A stretch of DNA of 64,000 bases from Selaginella moellendorffii. Lineage: Eukaryota > Plantae > Lycopodiophyta. Shown one piece after another: positions 1 through 13,536 of this stretch. The notes under the pieces are model-generated. The model did not search any database, was not told the origin of the DNA, and worked only from the letters and a program-made list of their open reading frames with translations. Location: contig NW_003314274.1 of the NCBI RefSeq assembly GCF_000143415.4, forward strand, positions 270,794 through 334,793, written 5' to 3'. A program made the position numbers and the translations under genes. The number at the start of each line of letters is the position of its first letter. Position 1 is the first letter of the stretch.

Positions 1-1290
1 TGGGTAATGATCATGTTCTAATAGAGGTTGATATTGCTGCTGCCCATGTTCAAGAATAAGAACGAGGATGTGGTTGTGGCCGTAATATTTGTTATTGAGT
101 GTATGATGAGGTTAGCCAAACATATTAGTGTTATTGGTGTTTTCGGTAGCATCTTCCATTTTTTCGATGGAGGCCTTGGCATTAACAACATTTTATTGAT
201 GCTGCTATAGTGGAAAATCTTGACACAGAGATTTTTCTAGGAAGAGTTACAATAGTAGTAGAAGGTTTTTATGTGAATAAGCAAATGACCCCTCCATCTT
301 TTTTTTGAGAGTACCATCAAGGGTTCACTCAACACCAATTCATTTAATGTTTACTTTCTAAATTTGTTTTTATAACAAAAGATCTCTTATTATTCCCTTT
401 GTATTGGTTCATAAAAATTTAAGTTTATCTTTTATTACTTGGTCTGTTACCATATATTGCCCTCATTATATGGTAAAGCCAATCTTTATTATTTATAGCA
501 ACAATTGCATGCAATAGTTGATTGACTCAAGAAGGAGTATGTTGATCTCTTCAAATTTAATGTATTGTCTAATGCCAAAATTGCAAGACATCATTTTATT
601 CCAATTGGGGATGATTGTTTAATCAATATTCTTATTCAACATCAATCATCAAAAGAGATCAAGATTTTAATTGGAGAAGGGTGTTATTTGAAAAATCTTA
701 GAGTGTTTGGGCACGTGAACCTTATCTTGTGATAGGTCTAATGAGAGTATTCGATTTTACATTGACTATCATTTATTAAATGATGTGATTATTATGGATG
801 TGTACTTTCTTTCTGACACTAATGATTTTTTGGATTGTTTAGGGAAAAATCATTGGTTCACTAAGTTAAATTTTCCTCAACCATCAACACTTGCTAATAC
901 CCAGAAGCAAAATGTTCCCAAGATTGTTTTTTATACACGATTTAGCTTATATGAATTCTTGGTGATAACATTCACTTTGAACAATGCTTTTGTGACTTTC
1001 TAACGAATGATAGAGGAGCTGTACCATACACCATGAATGTTGCTATCAACTAAGTTTAATTATTCAACTATAATTGCATAGTATCAAATTATTGCACTAA
1101 TTGTTGCTCTAGAGTCAAAGGAGGAGGAGGCTATTGCTTTGCCATAAAAATGAATAAAAAGGAAAAATATAAAAGAAAAGAAATTGAAAAATTTATAAAG
1201 AAAAGGGGATCTAGACAATCTAAAAGCTAAATCTAAAGAAAAATCCTAAACTGAAACACTCCTTAGGAACAGTTAAAATTACCCTTCATC
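1..1290 (-). mobile_element. Heavily decayed internal region of an LTR retrotransposon (family G)
   Basis: Lies next to a minus-strand PBS (~1282-1297 reads TGGTGGAGATGAAGGG, like the tRNA-Ala 3' end) abutting a TG-starting repeat at 1299. Only faint RT-like peptide remnants, no ORF. Confidence 0.4.
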
Positions 1291-1298
1291 TCCACCAA

Positions 1299-1480
1299 TG
1301 TGACTGTATGAAATATAAAAATGGAATACAAAAATGTGCATATCAATTACCTCAAAAACCTTAACTTATATATAACAACAAGTGGTCCAGATTGAAATTA
1401 ATTTGATAGCTATTAAAATCCCACTATGCTAATATTAGTATACAGCATTATAGCTGTACATTTGAACCTCAAAATAAGAA
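1299..1480 (-). repeat. AT-rich LTR-like dispersed repeat (family G); further copies at ~2488-2990 and ~19047-19270
   Basis: Shared sequence ATGAAATAT..AAATGGAATAC..CAAGTGGxCCAGATTGAAA..AAAATCCCA..GCTGTACATTTG in three places; the first copy is adjacent to the tRNA-Ala-like PBS. Confidence 0.55.
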
Positions 1481-4400
1481 ATTATTAATTCTCTAATAAA
1501 TACAATGTATAATTCTAGTTATTTTAAATAGAGGATAACAATAATTTACTCTTTAAACATTTTTAGATTTGTAAGATAGATATAATCCAATACCTCATCT
1601 TGATAATTTATAGCTATAGTATAGAGTCAACTCCATTTATATTAATGCTACAGCATACAACACCTATTTTAAGTGATGAGAAGTATGACTTAATTGTTGT
1701 ATTTATGTAAGTAAATTATATTCATATACTAACTGTTATATTATGATTCAATATTAATCCTATCAAAACTTTGAGCTAGCAAATGAATAATTTTCATATT
1801 TAACACATAAAAAGTTAGCTATAAATCCACATAACATGTTATACCCTTGTTTCCCTAGCTTTTAAGTGCATCATGGGGTATAATCATAAGTGCCTCACTC
1901 ATGAGGGTCTAGTGTGGTGGAAGGACATTCAAGATCATTGGGTTGAACTAAAATATCATTTTAATTATGTATGAAATTTTTAAAAAAATTATGATTCATT
2001 TCACAATAAAATTCTACATTTAAAGTCTAAAAGTGGGATTAATAATTTTGCATAGTGATGAATGATATTTTGAGATTATACTTGAATAATTATTAAATAA
2101 ATAAATTTATTAATAGATGGCACTAAATGCAAAATATCAAAAATCCATTTATTCTCAGCTAGCTTTATAAGAATGACACAAATATATCCATATTTTTGCT
2201 TTACATATGGAAGAAATATAAACTATAACTTTTAGTATTAGAGATAGTTAGCAATACTAATAAATAAATATATAAATATAAATAAATTATGTTATTGTAA
2301 AGTATAAAAGTTAATAGTGTCATAATTAAGTTTATGGTTGTAAGAATATTTTTTTTATTTTTATTTTTTTAATAGAAAAAGTAGCGGAAATAACACTTAA
2401 ACAATCTCATAATATTTTATATAAAACTAGTTTAAAACTTTTTGAAATATTTTATATGATTATATTATTTTCAAAATAAAACTCATTGTGTGAGTACATG
2501 AAATATGGAAATGGAATACTAAAATATGCATATTCAATTAATCCAAAAACTCTAGCAAGTGGGCCAGATTGAAACTAATCTGATGGCTTTTAAAATCCCA
2601 TTATGTTAATATGAGTACTTGCACAGCAAATGTTGTGGTGCTACTCACGCACCACGAGCAAGCAGAGCAGCCATAGAGCCCTAAGAGTGCATGGTGTAAC
2701 ACTTGTCACCACACCCTCTTCTCTTCCCGGCCACACATGCATCCTGCCCATTACCTGCCACAACATTGAGCCAATATTTTGGCTAACCATGGCCACCGAC
2801 CCTGGCCCCTGGGGTGGCCTCCCCTTTCTGAGAACCATGGCTTCCATGCCTGCCCCGGGCTTGGGATCAAACGGCTGCAAGGGTTTGGGCCTTTCGTTCT
2901 TATTATTATAGATTAGTACACGACATCAAGCTGTACATTTGGACCATATATCATCCTTTCATCTCAGAAGGATGGAAAGCAATTAGGGATGATAGGTTTA
3001 CATTTGTTTTACATTTGTTTAGTTTCTAGGGATGATAGGTTTACCAGTTACTCAAAATAGTGTTAAATGGAATATAGTTTCAACATTTCAATTGTCTAAC
3101 TAATAACACAATAATGCTAATCTCAAGCTATATGGACAAAACAGGATCGACACCTTAAGGAATTAATAGGAGCATTTCTATTAATGGTGATAATGGTAAT
3201 AAAAGTGTAATATAGAGATTGTTGTAGTGAAATCATGTAGTCCACAATCTCATATGCTAATTATTATGCACATATTTTTGTCTTTTATGCTTCTCATCTC
3301 CTCAAAGTCTAGATATATATTTTAAATAAATGATATTTATAACAATTTGGACCTGAAGTGTAAATCTTTATTGCCCTGAAATATACAGAAAAATATTTCC
3401 ACTTGCCCTATTAATATTTAGGATTTGTTTCATTGATTAGAGAGAAATTTAATATAATTTGTGGTATACTTCTACATACCTAGAACAATTATGAATTTAA
3501 GACCAACTGTGTATGTTCTAATAAAAAATTTTAAATAATAGAAACTAAGATCTTTTTTATGAATGATATAAAAATACTTTTTTTTATTAAACTAGTAACA
3601 AATTCAATTTGATATTATAAATTTATCAAGAAATTAAAGTTTAAAGTTTCTTTTATAAGTGGTTATCAATGATTTGGTGGAATGACTTGTTTTAACTTTC
3701 AAATAGATGATTGTAAAGTACATAAACTTTTAGTATTTAAATTAAGATAGTTATTTGCCATATCTTTGGTATGCATATGTCACAAGGGTATAGAGTTCCA
3801 TTGATGCTTCGCCATATAAACTCTTATATAGTGATACTACAAATAGAGTATATTTTACCTTCATAATTGGCACGGGTTACTAATGCTAAGTTTTGGGATT
3901 AGTATTTAACAAGCATTCTTTCACTAGTTCAAGTGAACATTTGAGCCGCATGCAAGTGGGACAATAATAACACTACAATTCCCATTATCATCTACTTATA
4001 GAATACAAAGTGGATATAATTCATTTTTCTAATCTTATGGTATATAGTTTGTCTAAAGGGCTCTTTGCTTAGTGGAAGGGACTATATTAAGTATTATAAC
4101 AAATTAAATCATAAATTTATAAGGTTTGGCATGACATTCAATAGGCCAATTCTCCAAAAATTCTACATATACAAAAGCTAAAGCATTTCATATAAAAAGA
4201 TCAAATTGCACTACATACAAATCCACTAATGCTTCCTCCTGATATTCCTTTGGTCAACTTCTTAAGTGACCTTATGAGACTTTGAGCCACCCGCTATGGC
4301 CTGACACACATGATACTTGCCTCAAAGCGAACCTCCAATCAATCACATTGATGTCGGGCCATACTCACAAAGTCACTCTGGTCAGGTTGTGAGAGTTTAA

Positions 4401-5478
4401 TCATAGTGAGACATTTTCTAGATTGATTGATTGCCTTGCAGCCACTACCTAGGAGTGACATAATAACGCAAACAATGTCTTAAGTGAAAAGTGTACAAGA
4501 CAGGAGGCTTATAAGCCAAATTTATGCTCCTAATTCATGTGTGTTATAAAGGAGCATAGACCACATACAAAACAGTGTAAACGGGTGCTGAAGATCCATG
4601 TAGTTTCAACCTAGCCTAATAGAACACCAACCAGCCCATGAGCTGAAAGATTCCCACCCGAATTGTCTGATCCATGTTGAAAAGAGGATGGTGCTGGCCT
4701 GTTTTGTATTGCCAATGTGTCAGTCCCATGAGCTGATAGATTCCCACCATCCATGTTGACCATGGAGAGGTAGTAGTTTCCCACCACAATTGTCAGATTT
4801 GTGTTGACTATGGAGAGGTAGTAGTTAACTTTTTTGATCATTATTTTTTAGAGTACTTATATTTAATATTTTCTATATAAATCACTTACCATGTAATTGA
4901 AGTGGCACATTAACATTTTTATTTGTATATCAGTCAAAAGCAATATCTATTTATATACTATTTGGAGGATTCAAGAATGAACGACTAATGCTCGTGAGCC
5001 AATGTACTCAGATACATGTCTGGGCCGCACATCAAAAGTGACTTCCATGGAGTCTGAGATAACATATTGAGCCATTTTCTCACTGGTGGCCCATCAGATT
5101 CAAAAGGGGATTTAGTTTAGTTGCTCCATTTTCTTCCATACAGTTTGTGGCAAGCCACGCCCCCAAGCCTCACCTCCTATCCCAATACCATCGACAAAAG
5201 ATGCCAGCTTGTTTGAGATCACTTTGGAGTGCATTTCAAACAAAGCTCAACCATACTATTATTATGTTCTCCTTTGGCGCCCATAGGATTTGAACCCAGG
5301 AGCTCGAGGAGAAGAGCCTTGTCAAAGCTACACTCGAAGCTTAAGCATTGTTTGTTATATCCTGTTCTAGCTATTTGAACAGTCGAAACGTGGAAATTGG
5401 AATCTCTCCGGCCGGGGGAGTCATTTAAAAGGTTTACTGTTTGAGACTTGGCCGCGCCCAGCTCTCGCAAAGGTAAAG

Positions 5479-6663
5479 ATGTGCTCACTGCTTCCTCTCT
5501 GCTGCTCTAGAACAGAGTCCCCGGAGGCCGCCAGCGAACACGATGGTCACAACGAAGCTCTCATTGTTGGAGTGACCGGCATAGTTGGCAATAGCCTGGT
5601 CGAAGCTTTGCAGCGTCCCGACGCACCCGGAGCCCCCTGGAGAATCCGCGGCATCGCTCGCAGGCCCAAGCCCCGCTGGTTCGAGCACCCGGACGTCGAC
5701 TATATCCAGTGTAACCTGCTGAATCTGTCCGAAGTCACACCCAAGCTCTCCAGCCTCGGCGGAGTGACTCATGTATTCTGGGTTGCCTGGGAAAAGCAGA
5801 GCACCGAGGAGGAGAACTGCGAGGCCAATGGTTTCATGCTGCGATCTGTCCTCCAAGCGCTGCTACCAGTTGCCAAGAGACTCAAGCACGTCTGCCTCCA
5901 AACCGGTGTCAAGCACTACCTGGGACCGTATTTTCACTTTGGCACCATCAAGCACTATCGGCCTCCATTCCACGAGGACCTGCCCCGAGTCCCCGGCCTT
6001 CCAAACTTCTACTACACTCTGGAGGATATCTTGTTCGAGGCATGCTCGCCGTCGTCGGGCATAACGTGGTCCGTCCACCGGCCTAACATAATCTTCGGCT
6101 TTGCTCCTCGGAACCACGCCAACGTTCTTGGCAGCTTGGCCATATATGCTGCTATTTGCAAACACCAGAAGCTCAGCTTTAATTTTCCAGGAAACCGGCA
6201 GTCGTGGGAGACGCTTACGAACGTTTCGGATGCCGACCTTGTTGCGGAGCAGGAGCTGTGGGCTGCGACGAATCCAAGTGCCAAGAATGAAGCGTTTAAC
6301 ATTGCCGACGGAGACTGCACGAGCTGGGAGAGGCTCTGGGCTGTCATGGCTCGGGAGTTCAAGCTTGAGTGTCCGGCGTACGATGGAAAGCCGGTCAGTC
6401 TCGAACAGCTTCTGAAGAATAAGAAAAACGTGTGGGAGCAGATCGTTGTCGAGAACGGCCTTCTCGAGACGGCAGTACAGGACGAGACGTGGTGGGCTGT
6501 CGATTTGTGCCTCAACTTCCCGTTCCAGGTAGTCAGCTGCATGAACAAGAGCAAAGAACACGGTTTCCTCAGTTACAGGAACAGTGAAAAGTCCGTAATC
6601 TACTGGATACGAAAGATGAAAGAGAAGAATATCTTACCAGACGACAAATTTTGGACCAGCTGA
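5479..6663 (+). CDS. VEP1: PRISE family short-chain reductase (progesterone 5-beta-reductase / iridoid synthase-like, VEP1 homologue), 394 aa, no intron within the ORF
   Basis: Family motifs present: GVTGIVG, GIARR, QTGVKHYLGP, NFYYTLED (catalytic Tyr), WSVHRPNIIFG, SDADLVAEQELW, MNKSKEHGF. The exact start is less certain. Confidence 0.93.
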   Translation: MCSLLPLCCSRTESPEAASEHDGHNEALIVGVTGIVGNSLVEALQRPDAPGAPWRIRGIARRPKPRWFEHPDVDYIQCNLLNLSEVTPKLSSLGGVTHVFWVAWEKQSTEEENCEANGFMLRSVLQALLPVAKRLKHVCLQTGVKHYLGPYFHFGTIKHYRPPFHEDLPRVPGLPNFYYTLEDILFEACSPSSGITWSVHRPNIIFGFAPRNHANVLGSLAIYAAICKHQKLSFNFPGNRQSWETLTNVSDADLVAEQELWAATNPSAKNEAFNIADGDCTSWERLWAVMAREFKLECPAYDGKPVSLEQLLKNKKNVWEQIVVENGLLETAVQDETWWAVDLCLNFPFQVVSCMNKSKEHGFLSYRNSEKSVIYWIRKMKEKNILPDDKFWTS

Positions 6664-6828
6664 GTCGTTGCTCGTGCGGTCCGAATGCTCTGGCCCATCT
6701 AATAGCAATTACGTGCTTCCCTTCTCCACCCTTTCAAACTTTAAGAGAACAAAAAATCCGAAGAATCCAGCTGTCCTTCGCTATCTAACTTTCCAAATCC
6801 TGCTTATCTTACACCTGTAAGTGACGTA

Positions 6829-9438
6829 TCAGGACGGTCTGTCTAGAAAGACCGACTCCACCGATCGAAGCCCCTGATAACTGGCGTCAAACACGAGCTC
6901 CCCAGTTCCCACAGGCTTGGTCTGCTTCTTGAACTTGAGAAAAGCCAACGTGCTCGGATCGGTATCGATGGACTCCTCCACCCGTTTCTTATCCTTGAAA
7001 TCGTCGTGCTTGTCCAGGTACCCACGCTGCATTTGCTTCCGGATAACAGCAGGCTTCCCAGCTTGAACAGCACTAGAAGGTAAATCCCGGTTGGAAATTG
7101 TCCCGTTAATGTTTGGCGCCAACGCCAAAGGCGCCTCTGGTCTCTCATTTAAATCTATCCTCTCCGAAAACTTCTTCCTCGATTCGTTTAAACTCTGCAC
7201 GAAACGGTGCTGTAAATCAACACAAAAGTACATAGTAGAAAACGCTTACTTGTTTCTGCAAAGCTTTTCTCCTTTCTTTCGCTCTGTAAACAGCATTCTT
7301 GATCCCGTCCTTGTCCATCCAGCCCTCAGGCCATAGATCAGCCAGCTGGAAAAAAATTAAAAAAAAAAAAATTCAAGAATATAGTAGGGTGGAGAAATTT
7401 GGACACAACAAACCTCCATATAGAGCTTGCGACTTTGAGTACCTCTATTTTCATCAGTTCCCTGCAGAGGAATAACACTTAACACCTTCAAACGTTGCAA
7501 TAGCAAGTAAACCTCAAGGTACTGATCATAGAGTTCGCAGATCCGGTCTTCTGTAGCTTGGTCCCATTTGTAGTTCTTTTCACCAACTCCTTGAACGTCG
7601 TTGGAGAATCCTTCTTCAGCCTGACAGTTTTCCAACAATTAATGAACCCATTTAACATTATTATACCTTTGCCTGTATCGATTGTACCCTTGAGCGAACA
7701 ATTTCTGTCAAGTCACGCTTCATATGCGACAAACGATGTTCCTTTTCGTGCTTAGCGACTAAGCCCATTTCGACCATCTCCTTCAAATTTCTCTACAGAT
7801 GTAAAGAAAAACATCATTCTAGTGAACAACAGGATGGAGAAAAGTACCTTAAGTGTCTTCAACTGCATCAGATGACCAAGTATGCTCATCAAACGATCGA
7901 TAAGCTCGTCAGGAACTTTGCCTTGCCTCGCCTACAAAAGCACGACCGACTCAGAATCGGTTCGTAAATATCTTTACTGCATACCGCAAGTCTAGCAACT
8001 TTTGCTATTTTGGCCTTTATTTCCCTTGGCAAACGCCTTACTTTTCCGGTCGCATTTGGCTCTAGAACATCTGGAATCGGGCGCACTAGTACAAAGAGCC
8101 ACGTTAGAAATCATCACAAAATATATAACTTCCTTACGCTGAGCAACTCCAGCTTTTAGATCTTGAATGGCCCTTTCCAAAAGTGACACTTTCGCTGTCG
8201 AGCGTTTTTGGGGATCAACGCTCGAGTTTCCTAACGTTGAATTCTGCTAAACAAAAGTTAGAACAGCAATTTAGATCTTTCAGACTTACCGCTGACGAAG
8301 AAACTTTGCAGGCATCTGCACCCGAATATGGCTTCACAAACTTTGGCCGGCTCGGACTTCCAACAGCGCTCTTCTTTAGAGCTACCTCATTTCTCTCGCT
8401 TTCCTTGGTGCGGGAGCTGTTCTTCGTCAACCCTTTCAACGACACATTTTTTGATATGTAATTGGCTTCCCTGCAACTACTCCCGTCCCTTGAGAAAAAC
8501 TTGTTGTAGTCGAAGGAAAAAGCATCATTTCCAGCTGCCTGTCGAACCTGCGTTTCCGACTGCTTGTTTACTAGACATTCCCCGATTCCATCCGAAGAAG
8601 GCCTGTCTACGCTTTCTTGCTCTACCCTTCCAACAGCTTTTGATTTCTTTGAAGAATCCTGAGCATGCATTTCAGAACCACTGGTTTTCACCTCCTTGCG
8701 TTTCCTCTTCTTTGGAACAGGTAAACAAGGCGGATTGGGTTCTCTGAAATAACGATGATAAAACTTCAACGAAAACGCTATGAATCGAATTCAGGTCTTA
8801 CATATTTTCTAGCTTCCCTTTGTTGATAAAGAACCCGCTGTGCTTCGTTTTAGCATAGTCCACAGAGAAGTACTCGTCCTGCATGTTGAGATAAGAACAT
8901 AGAAATCTTTCGAGCAGCAAGTAGTCGTACCAGCTCCTTGTCATCTATGAATGAATCGTCTGTATTATACTGATCATCATCCGGGACGTTGTCAAGGTGA
9001 TTGTCGACAATTTCATCGTCACTTTCTTGTCCTTGTCCCTGTCAAGAGCAAGCTTTTAAGAGTCAAGCTACCAGATAGAAGAATCTATAACCTGATAAAG
9101 GCGTTCTATCTTCTCAATGACGTTACTAAAACGATTTGGACCTCCTCGTGGCTCTTTGCATAGCAGCACCGTCTGATCATCACAGGAGCAGAGAACTTCT
9201 TTATGGAAGGGAAAGAAAGAAAAAAAATCTCGCTTACCTCTGGTGCCAAGCGAGCTTCCAATGCTGGATTAGCACCGGGAGGAGCCTCAGCGGCAGGAGG
9301 GGGTGGAGCACTCTTGAGGAGCTTCTTCCACGACACCACATTCGAGGTAAGCTCCACATGAAACCTCTGCCTCCCGGATTCCGTCCCGGCAAAGGGCGAC
9401 GCCTGGAAAGCAGTCACGAATCCAGAGCCCTCGGGCAT
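6829..9438 (-). CDS. UBN: Ubinuclein (HIRA-complex H3.3 chaperone subunit), multi-exon
   Basis: Exon 1 RQRFHVELTSNVVSWKKLLK. HRD/HUN domain spliced across ~8800-8975 (DDQYNTDDSFIDDKEL|DEYFSVDYAKTKHSGFFINKGKLE). Middle domain LLERAIQDL..RRLPREIKAKIAKVARLA..YKWDQATEDRICELYD..RKLYME. Short GT-AG introns. Confidence 0.88.
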
Positions 9439-9985
9439 TTTCGATAGGGAAGCGAGAGATCAAAACGCCAGATTCTAGCCCGGCATTCCACTCCTGCTCT
9501 TCACCGATCCCTAAAATCTCTTGAGACCTTGCGACAAAAACCTGGATTATGCCGGTTAGCGGTGCCAGATCTTCCGCGAGCTAGGGTTCCTGAGATGGCG
9601 CACCTGAATTTCACCGAAGAAATGCCACTGGCAGCGCCTACTCAACCGCGCGAGACCAGGAATCAAACACGCGCCTCCATCCGGGAGAGCGCGACGAACA
9701 AACGTTACCTAATATGTAGCGTCCCACCTCTCTCTCCAGGCATACTTATAAAACCTTCAGAGACCAAGCACTCTCGAGAGCAGCCTGTTTAGGAATCGAG
9801 CTCTGGACCGTTTTGTGGAACGAATCTAGGCCGTTGATGTCTCTCCATCCAGGCCGTCCGTCTACTCTTCTTCTTTGGCGCCCAATGGGCTAGGGTTTAA
9901 GGCGCGACGACGCCAGAAGAGGTAAGAAAATGCGCAACGTTTTTATTGATTAACACCTTGCCGATTCCTAGCAGCGGTTCTCGCC
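9439..9985. promoter_or_regulatory. Bidirectional promoter region between UBN and TOP6B with an E2F site and a telo-box
   Basis: 547 bp between divergent ATGs. TTTGGCGC at 9874-9881 (E2F consensus TTTSSCGS) and TAGGGTTT at 9891-9898. Probable TOP6B 5'UTR intron at ~9922-9971. Confidence 0.6.
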
Positions 9986-12880
9986 ATGGATTCTAAAAAG
10001 GTTAAGGCGACGAAGACGCAGGATCCCGCTCTAAAGCAAAGTCTGTGAGATCCTTATGAATGCTGATGGATTTTGACTCCGTTTTTGTAGAGTCGCCAGC
10101 GGAATTTTTCTCCGAGAACAAGAACATCGCGGGTTTTGATAATGTATGTAGGCTTTGATTTCTATTTTGTTTTTTGATCCAGGGAAGTTTTGCAGCCTGG
10201 GAAAAGCTTGTACACGACAGTGCGTGAACTGGTCGAGAATGCTCTAGATTCGGCCGAATCCATTGCGGAGCTTCCAACGATCGAGGTCACAATGTGAGTT
10301 CTTCCTTTTCTTTCTCTTTATTTTCTCTCTTCTGGTCTCAAATTTTCCAGTGAAGAGATAAGCAAGTCCAAGTTTAACGCTATGATTGGACTGGTCGACC
10401 ATGAGCGAGTCGATGCGGAGCTTTATGATGACTACGAAAACGAGAAAGCCCGCGAGGTATATTTCTGCCAAGAAGGTCATTTTAAAATCGCTTTCATCCT
10501 GTAAACTTTCAGAAAAGATTGGCTAAAGAAGCTCGTGAGCAAGAACGCCAAGCGAAGGCCATTGCAGCTGGTAAAAAAGTCACTGTTCCTAAGGCTGGGA
10601 AAGGCCGTGGAGATACAGTTTTTTACAAAGTTTCTTGCAAGGTGAGGTTTTTCGTTTTCTGGAATTCTCACGATGATTGGAGTACCCACTCGCTTTCAGG
10701 ACAACGGCAAGGGAATGCCACACGATGATATACCAAACATGCTTGGTCGAGGTATTATTCTGTATATTGGAAGTCATTTTGATGGTTTCTTTACTGGTTT
10801 CTCAGTGCTATCTGGCACAAAATACGGGCTCAAACAAACTCGGGGCAAATTTGGACTCGGAGCAAAAATGGTATCCGCAACATCTTTTGTTAAACGATGT
10901 AAGCGAGAAGTCTCATGCAGGCACTGATATGGTCGAAAATGAGTACTGGCCTGCCCATCGAGATTTCGAGTGCTATGAAGGGGCAGAAATTCATTTCCTT
11001 TTGTCGTTTAGACATTGACATCCACAAGTAAGATGCTGGAGTTTAAAGAACGTTTAACGAGTTTTCTTTCCTTTGTGCAGGAACATTCCTAATGTTCATG
11101 TACTTGAAAAGAAGCCCAATACTACTGGCTGGCACGGGGCCGAAATTCATGTAACCATTGAAGGGAATTGGACGACTTATCGGGTGAGTTTCTTTTCTTT
11201 TTTTTTTTTTTTCTGATGTGCATTTGCAGTCCAAAGTTATAAGCTACATGCGGCAAATGGCTGTCATCACACCGTATGCACAGTTCCTATTTCGCTACAG
11301 AGCAGGGACTCCAGAGTATGTGTATTCTCGTTGTCCTAGTGCCTTGCTGATCGGTGGATACTCAGAAAGAATGTAAGCGTACAGTTTGTGAGGAGGACCG
11401 ATGTTATGCCTCCTGCACCTCCAGAGACCAAGTATCATCCATCTGCTGTGGATTTACTCTTGATCAAGCGACTTATTGCCGAAAAGTCGAAGCAAACGTT
11501 GATCCAGTATTTGCAGCAGGACTTTGTTTCAATCAACAAGTCTTATGCGGAACGTCTCATCGGTAAGCTTAATGCAACTGTTTCAGATCCTGAGCTCTGG
11601 TTTTCCAGGTGAAATGGGCCCTGATTTCACACCAAAAATGCTGGTAAAAGATCTTACCGACCAGCAGCTCGTTCGTATACATCAACTCTTTAGACAAGCT
11701 AAGTTCGACGATCCCGACGGTGATGTGAGTACAACTTTTCTATGTTAATATAGCTAACCGTGCATCTGTTTAGTGCTTAAGTCCCGCCGGAGAATACAAC
11801 CTGCGCCTTGGAATTACAAAAGAGCTGCACCCAGACATGGTCGCCACTTGCCAAGGGAAGTAAGATGATTTCCTGCCTGACTAGAACAGCGAAATGAGCT
11901 TTGGCTTTGACAGTGTTCAGGTCTTTGAAGGACATCCATTCATTGTTGAGGCAGCAGTGAGCTTAGGAGGGAAAAGCGTAAAGCCAGTACGTCCGCTGGT
12001 AATCTTTGTCTGGGCCTCACGTATCTAAATGAACAGGGCTTGAATATTTTCCGCTTTGCAAACCGTATCCCTCTTCTCTTTGAACAAGGTGGCGATGTAA
12101 TTACTAGAACAGCAACGAAACGAATCAGGTTAGCATTTTTCTTTTCCGTGATTTATAATCCCGTTCATTGTTTTGCAGCTGGAGCGCATACAAGATCAGC
12201 CACCTACAGGACAAGGTTGGAGTTTTTGTTAGCATTGTTAGCACAAAGATACCTTTCAAAGGAACTGGTAAAGAGTACATTGGAGATGATATTACTGAAA
12301 TAGCATCCGGAGTCAAGGTTGATCTGTTACTACGTTCGGCTGTGCTCTGACTCGGCTCTTCGTTTCAGTCTGCTATACAACAGTGCTGCATACAGTTGAA
12401 AGCAAAGCTCGTCCGTCAGAAAGCTGCTCGAGATAAACTTGAACGGAAGAAAAACCTTTCCAGGTATTATAAAGTTTCAATCTGCTTGGCTATTGAAAGA
12501 AAACTTGTAGGTACATCCCTGACGTCTCAAGAGCAATTTACGGGGTTCTCGCAAGCATTGCAAATGAACGGGAAGCGAAGAGGCAAAAATATGAACCTGA
12601 TAGCCGGGAGATTTTGCATAAAGTCGCGGATAAAGAAGTTACCGAGGTAACTTTGTCACGAAAGCTTACGCAGTATGTTGATCAGGTAAGTATAGGATTT
12701 TCTTTCTTTTCCGCTATTTTCATTATTTTACAGGTGGATGCCGAGTTGGCTCTTGATTATGCTACTCAAAGTGGACTTGTCAAGGCACGAGAGCCCATTT
12801 CCTTGGCAGGAGTAGACTGGACTCAAGCAAATTATCTCGAGCTTCACAGCCCAGTATGCGTCATGAAGTTGCTCTCCTGA
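9986..12880 (+). CDS. TOP6B: DNA topoisomerase VI subunit B (BIN3/HYP6/RHL3 homologue), many short introns
   Basis: Spliced exons give KSPAEFFSENKNIAGFDN, PGKSLYTTVRELVENALDSAE, DNGKGMPHDDIP, GTKYGLKQTRGKFGLGAKM (GHKL ATPase), RFANRIPLLFE and KIPFKGTGKEYI. ATG at 9986, TGA at 12878-12880. Confidence 0.95.
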
Positions 12881-13536
12881 CCATACATGGTGAGTTGTAC
12901 TCCGAGCTCTTCCGATGGCATTATTTCATCAAGAGGTATGCATGTCTTGTCTCATGTTTCAGAAATCAGGCAACTTTGACTAATGATCCGGACAAAGATA
13001 TTGGTGCTTGGTACTAAACTTGTTGATCGTAGTCATTGCAAGTGATCCGTCTCAAAAATTATAAAATTAAAACAAAAACATTCTTAAGAAAATCAAAACG
13101 TGTTTCTTTTTGCTACGACATTTCACGCCTTCATGTTACTATATATTCAGCTATAAGCTAAGCAACAAAAGTATCTAAATTGGGGCTTTTAGTTTGGTCA
13201 CTACACACTGCTTTTAAATCTTGCTTGTTCTCAACTCTAACATTATTGCAAGATCCTAGAAATGACAAGATCCCCTAAACTAAAGCTCATGGTTCTTTGA
13301 AGAGTGGGCTTTTAAGTGATTTACCTTTTAAAATTTGCAGTTAAACGTGGCTTCATTTTTAATGCTAATATTATAACATTTTATAGAAAAATCCTTGCAC
13401 TTTTTAGCCTGATTACAGACATTATTACAAAACAAAGATAATAAAATGCATACCAGTGGCTGACAGAAACATAATATTCAAACCTTAATCTAATGCTACT
13501 TACTTTTATTTTCTAAAAACTTTTATTAAATGTGAA

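Noticed and set aside
5473-5510. Possible intron at the PRISE 5' end (GTAAAG...CTCTAG)
   Set aside because: Only 38 nt and no clear upstream ATG exon, so the ATG at 5479 was kept; RNA data are needed.
5485-6561. Antisense and alternative-frame ORFs (123-232 aa) over the PRISE gene
   Set aside because: Shadow ORFs of a GC-rich coding region with no recognisable motifs.
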